Part shown: positions 1 to 12,200 of the stretch, one piece after another | How the letters are laid out: each line of letters opens with the position of its first letter | How positions within the stretch are numbered: position 1 is the first letter of the stretch | Source: Octopus vulgaris | Taxonomy: Eukaryota | Reading direction: 5' to 3' | NCBI GenBank assembly: GCA_951406725.2 | Contig: OX597818.1 | Span: 8,804,001 to 8,868,000, forward strand | Length of the DNA stretch: 64,000 nt | Notes under the pieces: generated by a model | Told to the model about the DNA's origin: nothing | Databases searched by the model: none | The model's input: the letters and a program-made list of their open reading frames with translations, nothing else | Translations under genes and position numbers: made by a program

Positions 1-2600
1 ATTGATATTACCATTGAAACAATTAACCAAAAGGTATCTGCTAAAGCTGCCTGCATTGCACGGTATAAAAACCACGTTAGTTTCTTCAAGGACAACAACA
101 TATTAAAAATGACACAAAAACTTTTACAAGAAAATAGGGAAAATATGAGTTACAGTAAAGCCTGTCCCATCAATAGAAGAAGTGCTGCAATTTTGGAATT
201 AAGTTTGGGCTGAATAGATAGACAGACGTTCACTGACTTAGACTCCTTAGAAGAACAAATGTGGGAGGATATCAAGGGAGAGGATGTGATATCTGCTCTC
301 AGGAAATCAAACAAATGGAAATCTCCAGGAAAGGATAAAATCCCTAACTTCTGGTTGGATGCTCTCCCTGAGAGACATGAACTATGAACAAAACTTTTTG
401 AAACAATTTAATACGATTTGCTCTTGGCAAATTAATGGTGTGACATTCCTACCTCTAAAAAATAAAGAAACAAGTGAACCAAGAAATTATAAACCTATAA
501 CCTATATATAAAATACTAACAATATATAAAATACTAACATCTGTTTTGACTGACTCCACCCATAGTTTTTTTAATAGAAAGTGGCATCTTCCCTACTGAG
601 CGAAAACGTGGGTCATATGGTTGTAAAGATCAGCTGTTCATAAATAAGATTATCTTGGAAGATTGTCACAAACAACACAATATTTTGTCTATAACTTGGA
701 TAGAGTAAAAAAAGCTCTTTGATACTCTACCACATAACTGGATTTAGAAATGTCTGGAAATTATAAAATAGCACCTACTCTGCGAAATTCTTTTATTTGT
801 ATGATATCAAGGAAAACCACAGAAACTTTGAACAGTGGAAACGAATCTTTCAATGCTGGAGATGTAAGTTATATCATGTAGCATTTTCTAGAGTGACTAT
901 TTATCAACACTTCTCTTGTGTCTAGCCTTAATACAGCTCTCAAAATTGCTCCTTGATGTAAAACATGGCTATAAAATGATTGATAAAAATATAAATCATC
1001 TCTTTTACATAGATGATTTAAAGACCTGTAAAAAAGATAACCAACAGGGCTTGCTAAGAATTGTTAAACAGTTCAGTAGTGACACAAGGCTGCAATTTGG
1101 CCTCGATGAATGTGCAAAAGAAACCTTTATCAGAGGAAAAAGGATAGAAACATTTAACGTTAACCTTGATCCACAGAATGTCATACTGGAGTTAGAACCA
1201 GCGGTGAGCTACAAATATCTAAGGGTATTTCAAGGTTATGGAATCAAATATTCAGTGACGCGGAAAAGGATCAGAAGAAAGGTTATCGCAAGATAAGTGC
1301 AATCCTCGAGAGAGAGGTGAATGCAAGAAACAGGATTGCAGCGATCAATACTTTAGCCATACTGGTCGTGACTTTCAGTTTCAATACTATTAACTGGTCA
1401 GTTACTGAAACCTGGAATGTTGACAGAAAAAGAAGAAAATTGTTGACAATGCATAGAATATACCACACGAAGGCAGATATAGTACGATTTTACCTGCCAA
1501 GAAAAGAGGGTGGCTGTGAACTTTTAAAACTGGAATTAACAATGAAGATTGCAATAATTGGCCTAAACACCTGCATGAAAGCTTCTGATGATGGGATGTT
1601 CAAATTTAAAACAAGAAAACATCAAACACAGTAACAAAACCGTCAAAGGAATATTTAAGTGAATACCAAATACAACAAATCCAAGAATTAGACGTACTGG
1701 AAACAAGCACAGAAAAGACTAAGTCTATGAAAACTCGTGCTAAAACTGCTGCTTTAGATATTCTTAGTGAAAAATGGTAAGAAAATCCTCATAAATGGCA
1801 AATACCCAATGAGAGCTAATAAAGCCGATGTTGACAAAGCCACTACCTATCAATGGTAAGTGTTTTCTGGCTTAAAATCAGAGAAATAAGTGTTTCTCAT
1901 AGGACCCAAGATTAATGCCTACATAAAAGCAGCTATCGGGCCAACATATCATGTATGTAAACAAGAAAACTTAGACCTGCCCCATGATAAAAACTGGTGG
2001 GAACCCAAACCACCTTCAGCGCTCGAAGATGACCACATCGCACTCCTCTGGCACTTCACTTTTCAAACTGACAGACAGATATATGCAAATATGTCAGACA
2101 TTATTTTGAAGGACTCCAGTAAAAAATCATGCCTCCTCGATGATATGACTGTCCCAATCTACATAAATTTATCTGTCAAAAACCTACCAAAAATTGAGCA
2201 TATATTGATCTTGAAATAGAAATTGGCAAAATGTGGAACATCAAGACTAATACAATACTTGTTGACCTTAGGTGCCCTAGAAATTATAGCAAAAGGGGTT
2301 TGTTGCTACCTAGCTCAGATACCAGGCAATCCAAAAATGGAAGAAATTTTAAAAAATAGTGCGTAAGGAACTGTCCATATTCTGCGTAAAATCTTGCCTA
2401 TTTAATCCCAAATTTTAAAGCAAAATTGTAATTTTTATGTTTTCTTGAACATACTCTACAACACTACTTTGTGCAAAATCAAATATATGGCACCCTATTC
2501 ATAATACCCTAGTTATAACTTGATCTTCTAACTTGTCTCTTGAAGTCTTTGGGTCAGACTTGGAGTAAACTTGTACAAATAAAAGGGAAAAGTCAAACAT
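1..2600 (+). mobile_element. Degraded R4/Dong-type RLE LINE (family A, same family as the intact copy), cut by the window edge
   Basis: Frameshifted ORF pieces 916..1296 (FYIDDLK, FGLDEC, YKYL), 1317..1634 and 1890..2219 align to the 9498..13358 protein. The 3' UTR (gtctcttgaagtctttgggtcagacttggag...aagtcaaacat) matches the intact copy and is followed by ataataataa. Confidence 0.93.
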
Positions 2601-2619
2601 ATAATAATAAAAGTAATAA

Positions 2620-2835
2620 TCCTTTCTAATATAGAGACATGTCCTGAAATTTCCGTGGAAGATGTAAGTCGCTAGCGTCGACCCCAGCGCGGAAATGTTA
2701 CTTAATGTATCTACCCCAAAAGCATGAAAGGTAAACTCGAATTTGGCGGAATTTGAACTCAGAACGAAGCGGCAGACGAAATAGAGCTAAGCATTTCGTC
2801 CGGCATGCTAATGACTCTGACAGCTCTCTATCTTA
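2620..2835 (-). mobile_element. tRNA-derived SINE (same family as 34337..34568)
   Basis: Reverse complement matches the 34337 copy (gttctgagttcaaattccgcc B-box-like block, cctttcat...ggggt core). Confidence 0.85.
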
Positions 2836-2884
2836 AATAATAATAATAATAATAATATTAATAATAATAATAATAATAATAATA
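2836..2884 (+). repeat. (TAA)n microsatellite
   Basis: Seen directly. Confidence 0.97.
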
Positions 2885-2989
2885 AATGATTATCTCAAGC
2901 GCCAAACAATGATTAACTCAAGTACAAGACAATGTTTGTCTCAAGTACGAGAAAAAAATCGAAACTAAATAACATTTCCTAATACCACA

Positions 2990-3180
2990 GAGTAGTAGGA
3001 GCAAAAATGGTATCTCAAGATGGTTACAATATCAGTGATTGTAGCAGCACTTGGAATGATCAAAAAAGGAATTGAAAATTATTCAAGAACGATCCCTGGA
3101 TTACCATTCATGCAGGAAGTGTAAAAGATCGTATTAACTGGTACGTCACACGTATTGTGAAGAGTTTGTCTCTGTGAAAT
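2990..3180 (+). mobile_element. 3' fragment of RLE LINE family B
   Basis: Translates to WYLKMVTISVIVAALGMIKKGIENYSRTIPGLP...LTGTSHVL, similar to ORF 29556..29855. Confidence 0.8.
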
Positions 3181-3299
3181 TTCTTTCCTTCCTTCCCCTT
3201 TATTTTCTTTGTTTACTTTTATATCTTATATTTTTTTCCTGCACAAATGTGTAAGAAACGAAGCAATAGAAATTTGCTTGAAATTTTCAGATATCAAAA

Positions 3300-4555
3300 A
3301 ATAATAGTGATAATGACGATGGTGAAAAACGCTACCTTACCTCAGTTTATGTGAGACAAGAGATTGTGATACCGAAAATGAAGCTGGACCGTTCGGGGAA
3401 GGCCTCTCGCTCAGCAGTGATTCAGTAAAGCTGCACACTGACCACAAGTGTTATCCTAATACAGTATCATTAGATAGCAGAGCGGGGAGGAGGTGAAGAA
3501 AAAGGCAGAGTGATAAAGTGGTACTTAGACAGCGAACCTAAAAGAAGAGACTATGATAAAACAGATGTTCACATTCTGGGTTGAGAAGGGTGTGTTTAAT
3601 GTGACTGAGCAGAGGTTAGTTGATCAAGCTATTAATATTAGAAGAAGAAAGTGGATGGCAGAATTATAGGTTGAAGAGATTGCAAGGGAACTGGAAAAGA
3701 AAGGCCAGATAGTGGGAAAGACAAACAATAACATAAGAGATGCAGCTCAAACCAAAGAAGTATCCAATGGACAAAAAATAATACTAGCGTAACCAATAGG
3801 GAAGGGAGAACTGGCACCAACGACTTAAGTGATTTATGTGAAGAAGATCAGAAGACTTTAGATAAGTTGCAGGAAGTAATGAGTAAAGAAGTAAGAAAAA
3901 GATTGCCAGCATTAAAATGCACCGACAGAAGGAAGCTGCTAGAAATGACTAGTAGATTCTGTTATCAGTAGGATAGATGAGAAAAATATAGAAGACACTA
4001 ATTTATTGATCTATGCAGAAGGAGTAATAGTCACTAGAATATATTAGATATCTGAGAGGGACAGATTAAAAAAGAGCAAATGTGGAAAAGGAAACTACAA
4101 TTAAGTGAAGACTTTAAGACAAGATCTGAGTAGAATAGAAGCCTTGAAACTTAACAAGCTAGGACATTTCCCTCAGGAAATGATACTTAGTCAAAGAGAA
4201 ACGATTTGGGACAGTAATAGAATAGTTGAAATAGCGTATCATGGCAGTAGCAGGTAAGCTCTCCAGATATCACAAAATAATAGATCAGTATCAAAAGAAT
4301 TAATTATTTTAGATAGACCAGAGGAGATTTTATAATCAAATAAATAGTGAAGAACGAAGTATTGAAGATGAGAAACCTAATGCAGAAGAAACTTGAAAAA
4401 TCTGGAGTAATTTTGGAGATAAGCCAGTCAATCATAATGAAGATAAAGTGTGGTTAAAGACAGTGAGGGAAGAAGTAGTGAGTGAGTAGCAGCCAGATCT
4501 GAGTTTAATTAATGAGTAATGTGTTAGGGGAAATGCCGAACTGAAAGTGGTAAGG
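3300..4555 (+). mobile_element. Degraded 5' half of an R4-type RLE LINE
   Basis: VTEQRLVDQAINIRRRKW motif (~3601) and KPNAEE..WS motif (~4373); related to the copy at 24061..24990. Confidence 0.75.
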
Positions 4556-4639
4556 ACTGTTTCAACGAAGTCGTGTCTTGCTCTTACCTTCGAAACACAG
4601 ATTAGTCGAAACAGGGGCAACTGAAGATGGGGAATATTC

Positions 4640-4760
4640 CTTGCGTTGTAGGGGTTGCAGAGGATCGTTTAGTATAGACCATTGCATAATGAGTGAATGC
4701 ATAATACTTGCCAAGTATTTAATAAATAGTGATGAAGATCTGCTGCAATATACCGGGACC
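4640..4760 (+). mobile_element. Short RLE LINE fragment similar to 7450..7560
   Basis: agtatagaccat...aataaatagtgatgaagatctgctgcaata closely matches 7470..7550. Confidence 0.75.
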
Positions 4761-4929
4761 TATATTATTATTGATATTTTTAAATGCTATAGGTAGAACG
4801 AAGGTGATAATGGTAATCACTGTGATTATAGAGGTGACACAATGCAAGCACGTTATTTATATATGAGTGTGTGTGTGTGAGTGTGTGTATGTGTGTGTTC
4901 ATAAATGAGCACGTGCATATACAAATAAA

Positions 4930-7795
4930 CAGAGGAACAGAGAGTTGGGATCTCAATAACAACTCTCGTGGGAATCCCACGAACGATTCAACTCATGAAA
5001 TCATGATGCAACACAAGGAAAGAATGAACAGTGAGAATGAAGCTACAGCAAATCATGGTGAAGGTTTCCCGCTCGGCACGTCCGAAACCGCCCACATCAG
5101 AGGAAGTGGTCAGGCCTTGGATGGTTGTTATGTAAGAAGATTTGACATGCGAAAAAACAGACATATGTGGACGAAGAAACAGTAAGATACACTTATTCAA
5201 TGTCATGGAGGAGCAAAGCTGGAAAGAAGTCGCGGAGTAGGCCGACGTACCTTGAAATTTGGGATATAAAAGGACATGTGTCCAATGCCAAAAAAGAAAC
5301 TAAGGAACCAAGTTAGAGTGATTTGGAGGAAGGGTCTCTCAACTAGAGTAGAAATATTTCGGATTACTGAGTCTATGAGACCCTGCTGATGGCCTACAAA
5401 GGATGGTCCGAGTTAAAAACAGAGAGGTAGGAGCTGAAAGTAGACAAAAGAGTAGACAGGAGGAACTGGGAAATGGTGATGGGGATGTTAATGATGAGGA
5501 ACAGGAACGTTATTCCATGAACCCTGATAATGTGGTGGGTAGACATGCAGGGGAAATGAACCAACCAGATAATGAATTGCTTAAAATTCGAAGACAACTT
5601 ACAGACTTGATGAATGCTCCTGAAGAGAAAATCCCCATGAATATGAGATGGGTAGATAGAAGTATGATACATAAGTAACAGAGAAGATAAATACTGTCAT
5701 ACCATACATCTATACATAACACAAACAGGAAATCTTCTAGCTACTGCGCTACTTGTTGAGGAGAAATTACAATTGAGATAACAAAAAATGATGGAACAAA
5801 TGAACCATGGTGTAAAGGATGCATTGAATGGGACATAATGCGAGCAAGGCAAGGTCTAGGAAGAATTGAGCAATGGTTAAGAAGAAACTGGAAAAATTGG
5901 AAAAAGACCAACGAAAAAAATAAAGAAAAAATATAAAATACGGAAGAACGGTTTGATGCAGTAATAAAGCAGTTAAAATAGAGGATCATGGCAACAAGCC
6001 AGATCAGAAGATTAGTGAACAGAAATAAGCAGTTTGAGGAGAACAAATTCTTCAAAAATAAACCGAAGAATTTTTCCGAACATTAGAAGGAGACAATGGG
6101 GAAATGTTGCTCCTGATGCAAATCAAGACAAGGAGTTCTGGAGTGAAATATGGGTAAACAAGTTGGTGTATAAAAGAGATGCAATGAGGATAGCAACTAT
6201 CAAAACTGAATTACAAGGAGGAAAGAAACAAAGGAATATTGTCATAAGTAGGGGTGACATGAAAGAAGAAGTGGGTAAAGTACCTAACTGGAAAGCCCCG
6301 GGATTTATGGCTCCTGGATAAAGAGATGACACGCGGTGCATGAAAGTCTAGCAGCCCAATTGAATGAGTGTGTCCAGAAAGGTACAGTTCCCGCGTGGAT
6401 GGAGACTGGGAAGACAACACTTATAATGAAAGATTGAAGAAAGAGGAAAATTGTTGGAAACTACCGTACCATAGCATGCCTAAATTAAAGTGCTCAAAGC
6501 GAGCCCTGCGGGCTTTCATAGGAAAGTATGTGCGGCAAAGACATACACTTTCCAAGCACAGGACGAAAAAATTGCTAAGGGAACAAAAACGTTGTAGGAA
6601 GAATTCTGTCTACCAAAGATCACCTGGTCATCGATAAAACAGTTTTGAGGCATTGTAAAAACACGTCATATAATCATATCTATGGCTTGGATTGACTTTA
6701 AGAAGGTATATGATACGATGCTTCATTCTTGGATCGTTGAATGCCTGCTAATGTTTAGTGTTGCTGACAACATTACAAATTTCTGATGCATAGCATGAAA
6801 GAGTGGAAAACCAAATTCTACTCAAATAATGTAATACTTGGAGAAGTTAATATTAAAAAAGAAATCTTCAAGGTGACTCGTTTTCTCTGCTACTATTTGT
6901 AATTGCACAAACACCTATAACAATGACACTTAGGAAAGTTAAGATGGGTAACCAATGTTGTAAGAAAGGCCCATCTTTGAAGCGTCTTCTTTCTATTGAT
7001 GATCTGAAATTGTTTGGGAAATCTGGAAAACATAGATTCCGTCACCAAAACAGTCCAGAAGTGTGGTAGGCGTATCAGTATGGAATTTGGGACTACCAAA
7101 TGCTCAGTCCTAAATATGAAAAGAGGGAAGAAAGCAGCCTGCAGAGGATTGTGTTTACCATCATGAGAGACAATAGGTGAACCCGATGGTAATGGGTAGA
7201 GATATTTAAGGATTTTGGGAGCTGGATGACATTCTACAAAGAGAAATGTAAGTTAAGGTCAGCAAGGCGTAACAAACAAGGGTGAAGATTGTTGATGAAA
7301 TCAACCGTGAATGCCAAAAATTACCGCAATGAATATCTGGGCACATCCTTCCTCAAATGGACTAAAGAGGAAATATGAACACTGAATAGGACGAGAAAGC
7401 TGACGACGCCTTAAAGCAAACGTAAACAGACTATATGTGAAAAGAAAGAATGGTGGCAGAGGACTAATTAGTATAGACCATAGCATAAGGAGTGAAAAGA
7501 GAACGCTTGCCGAGTATTTGATAAATAGTCATGAAGACCTGCTGCAATACGCCGGGAAAGATATGGGAGTAAATGCAGCTGAAATGATGTGCAAGGAAGT
7601 GTTTAACCAAACATCTGAGAGAAGAGAAAAGAAGATCTTCTTGAAATGAGAATGCATGGATAGTTTGAAAAGATTAAACAGGGCGTTAAGGATAATACAG
7701 CATCGTGGCCATGTCTTGATGGAGGTGATTTGAAGCGTACTACCGAAAGTCTGATCATTGCTGCACAAGATCAGGCTCTCGCTACCAAGTCAGTG
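4930..7795 (+). mobile_element. Degraded R4-type RLE LINE, 3'-truncated at a Tc1 relic
   Basis: Broken frames: FWSEIW, PNWKAPG, WIDFKKVYD, QGDS, IDDLKLFG, RGLISI, ESLIIAAQDQAL. Confidence 0.88.
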
Positions 7796-7796
7796 A

Positions 7797-8406
7797 CCTA
7801 AAAAAAACAACAGAATTGGTTCCTAGAGCAGTGGAAAAATGTTATTTTCTCGGACGAGTTATCCTTTAACTGATTTCCGACCACCGGCCGAGTATACATA
7901 TGGAGACAGACTAAAGATGCAATTGACCCAGACTGCCTTCTTCCAACTGTTAAACATGTGGGAGAATCTGTGAAAATCTGGTGGTGGGGGCTATATCTTG
8001 GATATCCGCCGGCTTAATGATTTTTCTTCATGCCAGAATTAATATTTAAGCATTTTATCAGATCAAATTCTTCTATGGTTGCGAAACCATTTCCGGAGGG
8101 AAGCACAATCATTCAGGATGATAATGCACCAATTCACACAGCTAAATTTGTTACTGAATCATACGAGGAACATTTATCTGGCCACCACAGGCCCCAGATC
8201 TCATTATTATTGAATATTTATGGTGCATTTTAGAAAAACATTTAAGGATTAGATATCCGCCACCATCATCACAACAAGAATTAGAGACGCTTTTAGCTGA
8301 AGAATGGACAAAAATTCTTTTGGGAACAATACAAACGTTGTACGAGTCCATACCTTGTACAATTCAAACTGTAATTACTGCCAAAGGCGGTCCTACTCCA
8401 TATTAT
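7797..8406 (+). mobile_element. Tc1-like DD34E transposase relic
   Basis: QWKNVIFSDE (~7830), IIQDDNAPIHTAK, WPPQAPDL..IE.LW, VITAKGGPTPY. No TIRs identified. Confidence 0.85.
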
Positions 8407-9170
8407 GTCCAGGCTTTGTATATAAGATTTAATTTTCTTTCACATGATTTAATTTTTCTTCACATTCCAAGGTGAACTCTGATATCACTTTCCGTAGTTT
8501 ATGTGTGAGAGGTATCATACAAATCACAAATAGCAATTGTGATAGGCTATGTCCCTGAAATATGTCTCAGTTGATGTTAACGGTCGCCAAAACTTTCCAT
8601 GTGGAGTTAACTCTGTATTCCAGTTTTTCATTGATCTCCTAAAGAATTTTCATATGTTATGAGACACCTCTACACTCAAGACTTTCTAGAATCCAGGAAT
8701 AGGGGACTATATCATACGCTTTCTTATGATCAAGCCTCGACATACCCAGATTAGTAAGTCATATCTTGCAGTAGTTCAGTGCCATTCTGTCTATCGGCTG
8801 TTGGTCTTTTGTCTCTAGCATTTCCTTCTGCACACTATCTGTTCCACAGGCAGTTTGTCATTCATTTCCAAGAAGTTATACACATAATTAGATACTATTC
8901 CAGTCATCAGCTTCCACATCAGGGACAAGCAGTTGAGAGGCCGGTAATTATTAACTGCATTGCCTTTGCTGAGATCCTTTTGGTAAATAATTGTTTTACC
9001 TGTGGTCAAACACTTTGGGCTTTGTACAACATTGTTGCTCATTTTATTCATTTGCGTGGCTATTTTTTGTGTTGTGCTGGGAAATTTTTCAGCCAATTCC
9101 CTTGCACCCCTTCTAGTACCGAGCATTTGAAGTTTAGGATCTTTGTTGTCTGTTCGGTTACAATTTAAGA
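8407..9170 (-). mobile_element. RT-domain fragment of an R4-type RLE LINE
   Basis: ORF 8815..9126: TTGKT..QKDLSKGNAVNNYRPLNCLSLMWKLMTG..LPVEQ, followed by degenerate KKAYD and LFV motifs. Confidence 0.85.
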
Positions 9171-9189
9171 TGTTATACTATTATTGTTC

Positions 9190-9191
<2 letters not shown>

Positions 9192-9274
<83 letters not shown>
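9192..9274. repeat. (TTA)n tract abutting the 3' end of the intact LINE
   Basis: Perfect repeat, seen directly. Confidence 0.98.
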
Positions 9275-9275
<1 letters not shown>

Positions 9276-12200
9276 TATGTTTGACTTTTGCTTTATATTT
9301 GTACAAGTTGGCTCCAAGTCTCACCCAGAGACCTCAAGAGACAACAGGGTTGGAAGTTCATGTTGTTGTTATGCCTAGTGTGCCATATATTTGGGGGGTG
9401 GGGATGTTGTACTAATGAATGTCTAAAAAGAAAAAAAAAGGTTTTTTTTTTTTTTTTTTTTTTAAACCGAAAATTATGTTTGTTTTAAACCTTGAGATTA
9501 CATAGAAAGTATTTTGCGTAGGATATGAGCAGTTCCCATGAGCACTATCTTTTGAATTTCTGCCATTTTGGGGTTTCCTGGTATCTGAGTTAGGTAGCTA
9601 TCAGCCCCTTTTGCTATCATTCCCAGGGCACCTATGACAACAGGTATTGTTTTAGTCTTCAGCTTCCACATTTTGCTGATTTCTATTTCAAGATCTTTAT
9701 ATTTGCTCAGTTTTTGGTAGGTCTTGACAGATACGTTTATATCGATTGGGACAGTCATATCAATGAGGAGGCATGTTCTTTGTTTGAAGTTTTTCAATAT
9801 GATGTCTGGCCTATTTGCATCTATCTTCCTGTCAGTTTGAATGGTGAAGTTCCAGAGGAGTGAGATGTGGTCATTTTCAAGCACTGGGGGTGGTTTGTGT
9901 TCCCACCAGTTTTTTTCATGGGGCAAATCCAGGTTTTTACAGATTACCCAGTGAATATATTGTGCAGCTCTATCGTGCCTGTTGAGATACTCTGTAGGCG
10001 CTAGAAGACTGCATTTGGAGACCACATGGTCAATGGTTTCATTTTGTTGCTTGCATACACGACACGTTGGACTGCTTCTGATCTTTAATATGTTGGCCTG
10101 GTAGTTTCTTGTTGGTAGGCATTGATCTTGAGCTGCTATGATAAACCCCTCTGTTTCAGATTTTAAGCCAGAGGCCATTAGCCATTGATGGGTCAGGGCT
10201 TTGTCGATATCTGCATTATTCGCTCTCTTTGGGTATTTGCCATAGAGAGGTTTTTCTTGCCATTTATTATTCAGAATATCTAAGGCCGCAGTTTTGGCAC
10301 GGGTTTTCATGCGCCTAGCTTTTTCTGTGCTTGTTTCTTGTATATCTATCTCTAATTCCGAAATTGGTTGTATTCGGAATTCACTTAGATATTCCTTTGC
10401 CTGTTTTGTGACTGAGTATGATGCTTTCTTGTTTTCATGTTTTGAGACAAGTTTTAGCATCCAGTCCTCAGAGTTTTTCAGGTAGGTGTCTAGGCCAATT
10501 GTAGCAATCTTCATTGTTATTGCCAGTTGCAAAAGACCACGGCCTCCCTCTTTTCTTGGCAGATAGAGTCGTTCTGTATCTGCCTTAGGGTGGTGCATTC
10601 TATGCATTGTCAACAGTTTCCTTATTTTTCTGTCGAGCTGACATATTTCAGTAATTGACCAGTTAACAATATTGAAACTGTAAGTCACGACTGGTATAGC
10701 TAATGCATTGATTGCTTCGATCCTGTTTCTTGCATTCAGCTCTGTCTTGAGTATTGCTCTCACTCTTCGATAGCATTCTCTCCTGATCCTTTCCTTCATC
10801 TCTGAATGATTTATTCTGTTCCCTTCAATTATCCCTAGGTACTTGTAGCTCTCCGCTGGGTCTATTTCTTTTATGACATTCTGTTGGTCAAGGTTAACGT
10901 TAGATGTTTCTGTCATTTTTCCTCTGATAAAGGTAGCCTTTGCACATTTATCGAGGCCGAATTGCATTCTGATGTCGTCACTGAATTGTTTGACTATCGC
11001 TAGTAAGCCCTTGAGTTGTTGATCATTTTTTGCAAAAAGCTTTAAATCATCCATGTAAACGAGATGATTTATATTTTTATCAAACATTTTATACCCGTAC
11101 TGCGCGTCATTGAGCAGCTTTGAGAGAGGTATTAAGGATAAACAAAAGAGGAGTGGTGACAGTGAGTCACCCTGGAAAATGCCACACGAAATTTTTACAT
11201 CACCAGCATTTAGGGATTCACTGTCACTGTTCAGAGTTAGTGTGGTTCTCCATGATCTCATACTTACAGTCAAGAAGTTTCGCAGAGTTGGTGCTATCTT
11301 ATACATTTCAAGGCATTTCCTAATCCAGCTATGTGGTAGGCTATCAAAAGCCTTTTTATAGTCTATCCAGGCTATTGATAAGTTTTTGTGTCGTTTGTGA
11401 CAATCTTCTAAGATCATCTTATTGATGAGTAGTTGGTCTTTACAGCCGTAGGATCCACGTTTACATCCTTTCTGTTCATTAGGGAATATGCTGCTGTCTG
11501 TTAAAAAACTATAGGTATATTCCGTCAGGACAGATGTTAGTGTTTTGTACATAGTTGTTAAGCAAGTTATGGGTCTATAGTTTTTTGGTTCATTTGTTTC
11601 TTCACTTTTTGGAAGCAGGAATGTTAACCCATTAACTAGCCAAGGAGGCATCCTACTAGGGTGTTGCAAAACATCATTGTACAGTTCTGTTAGCAGTTCA
11701 TGGCTCTCTGGGAAGGCATTCAGCCAGAAGTTAGGAATTTTATCCTTTCCTGGAGACTTCCATTTGCTTGACCTCCTGAGAGCAGATCTTATATCTTCTA
11801 CCTTGACACCCTCCCACTTTTGCTCTTCTAAGGGGTCCAGTTCTGTAGATATTCTGTCAATCCAGGGGGCCTTTTCGTTGTGTGTTTTTTCTTCTGCCCA
11901 GATTTTATTCCAAAATCTCTGCACTTCTTCTTTTGATGGTACAGACCCTGCAGTAAACGCTGTTTTTCCCATCTTCCTGTAAAAATTCTTGGTGTTATTT
12001 TTGAACATGTTGTTGTCCTTGAAAAATCTAACACGCTTTTCATACCTCGCTATGCGGGCAGCTTTGGCAGATACCTTTTGTTTGATGGTTTCTATGGTGG
12101 CATCAATATCAAGTATAGTTTTCATATTGTATTTTTTCAGTAATTTTTGGGTTTTTGTAGGTTTGGTAATCTTGTGAGCCTTAAGGTTTTTCAAATATTC

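Noticed and set aside
4595-4650. gaaac...ctgaaga hammerhead-like words
   Set aside because: Order and pairing do not give a hammerhead fold.
9143-9488. ORFs rich in poly-I/Y/N/M or YIYI (also 14666, 16283, 19844, 25554, 33081, 52686, 63468 and others)
   Set aside because: Translations of microsatellites; no coding signal.
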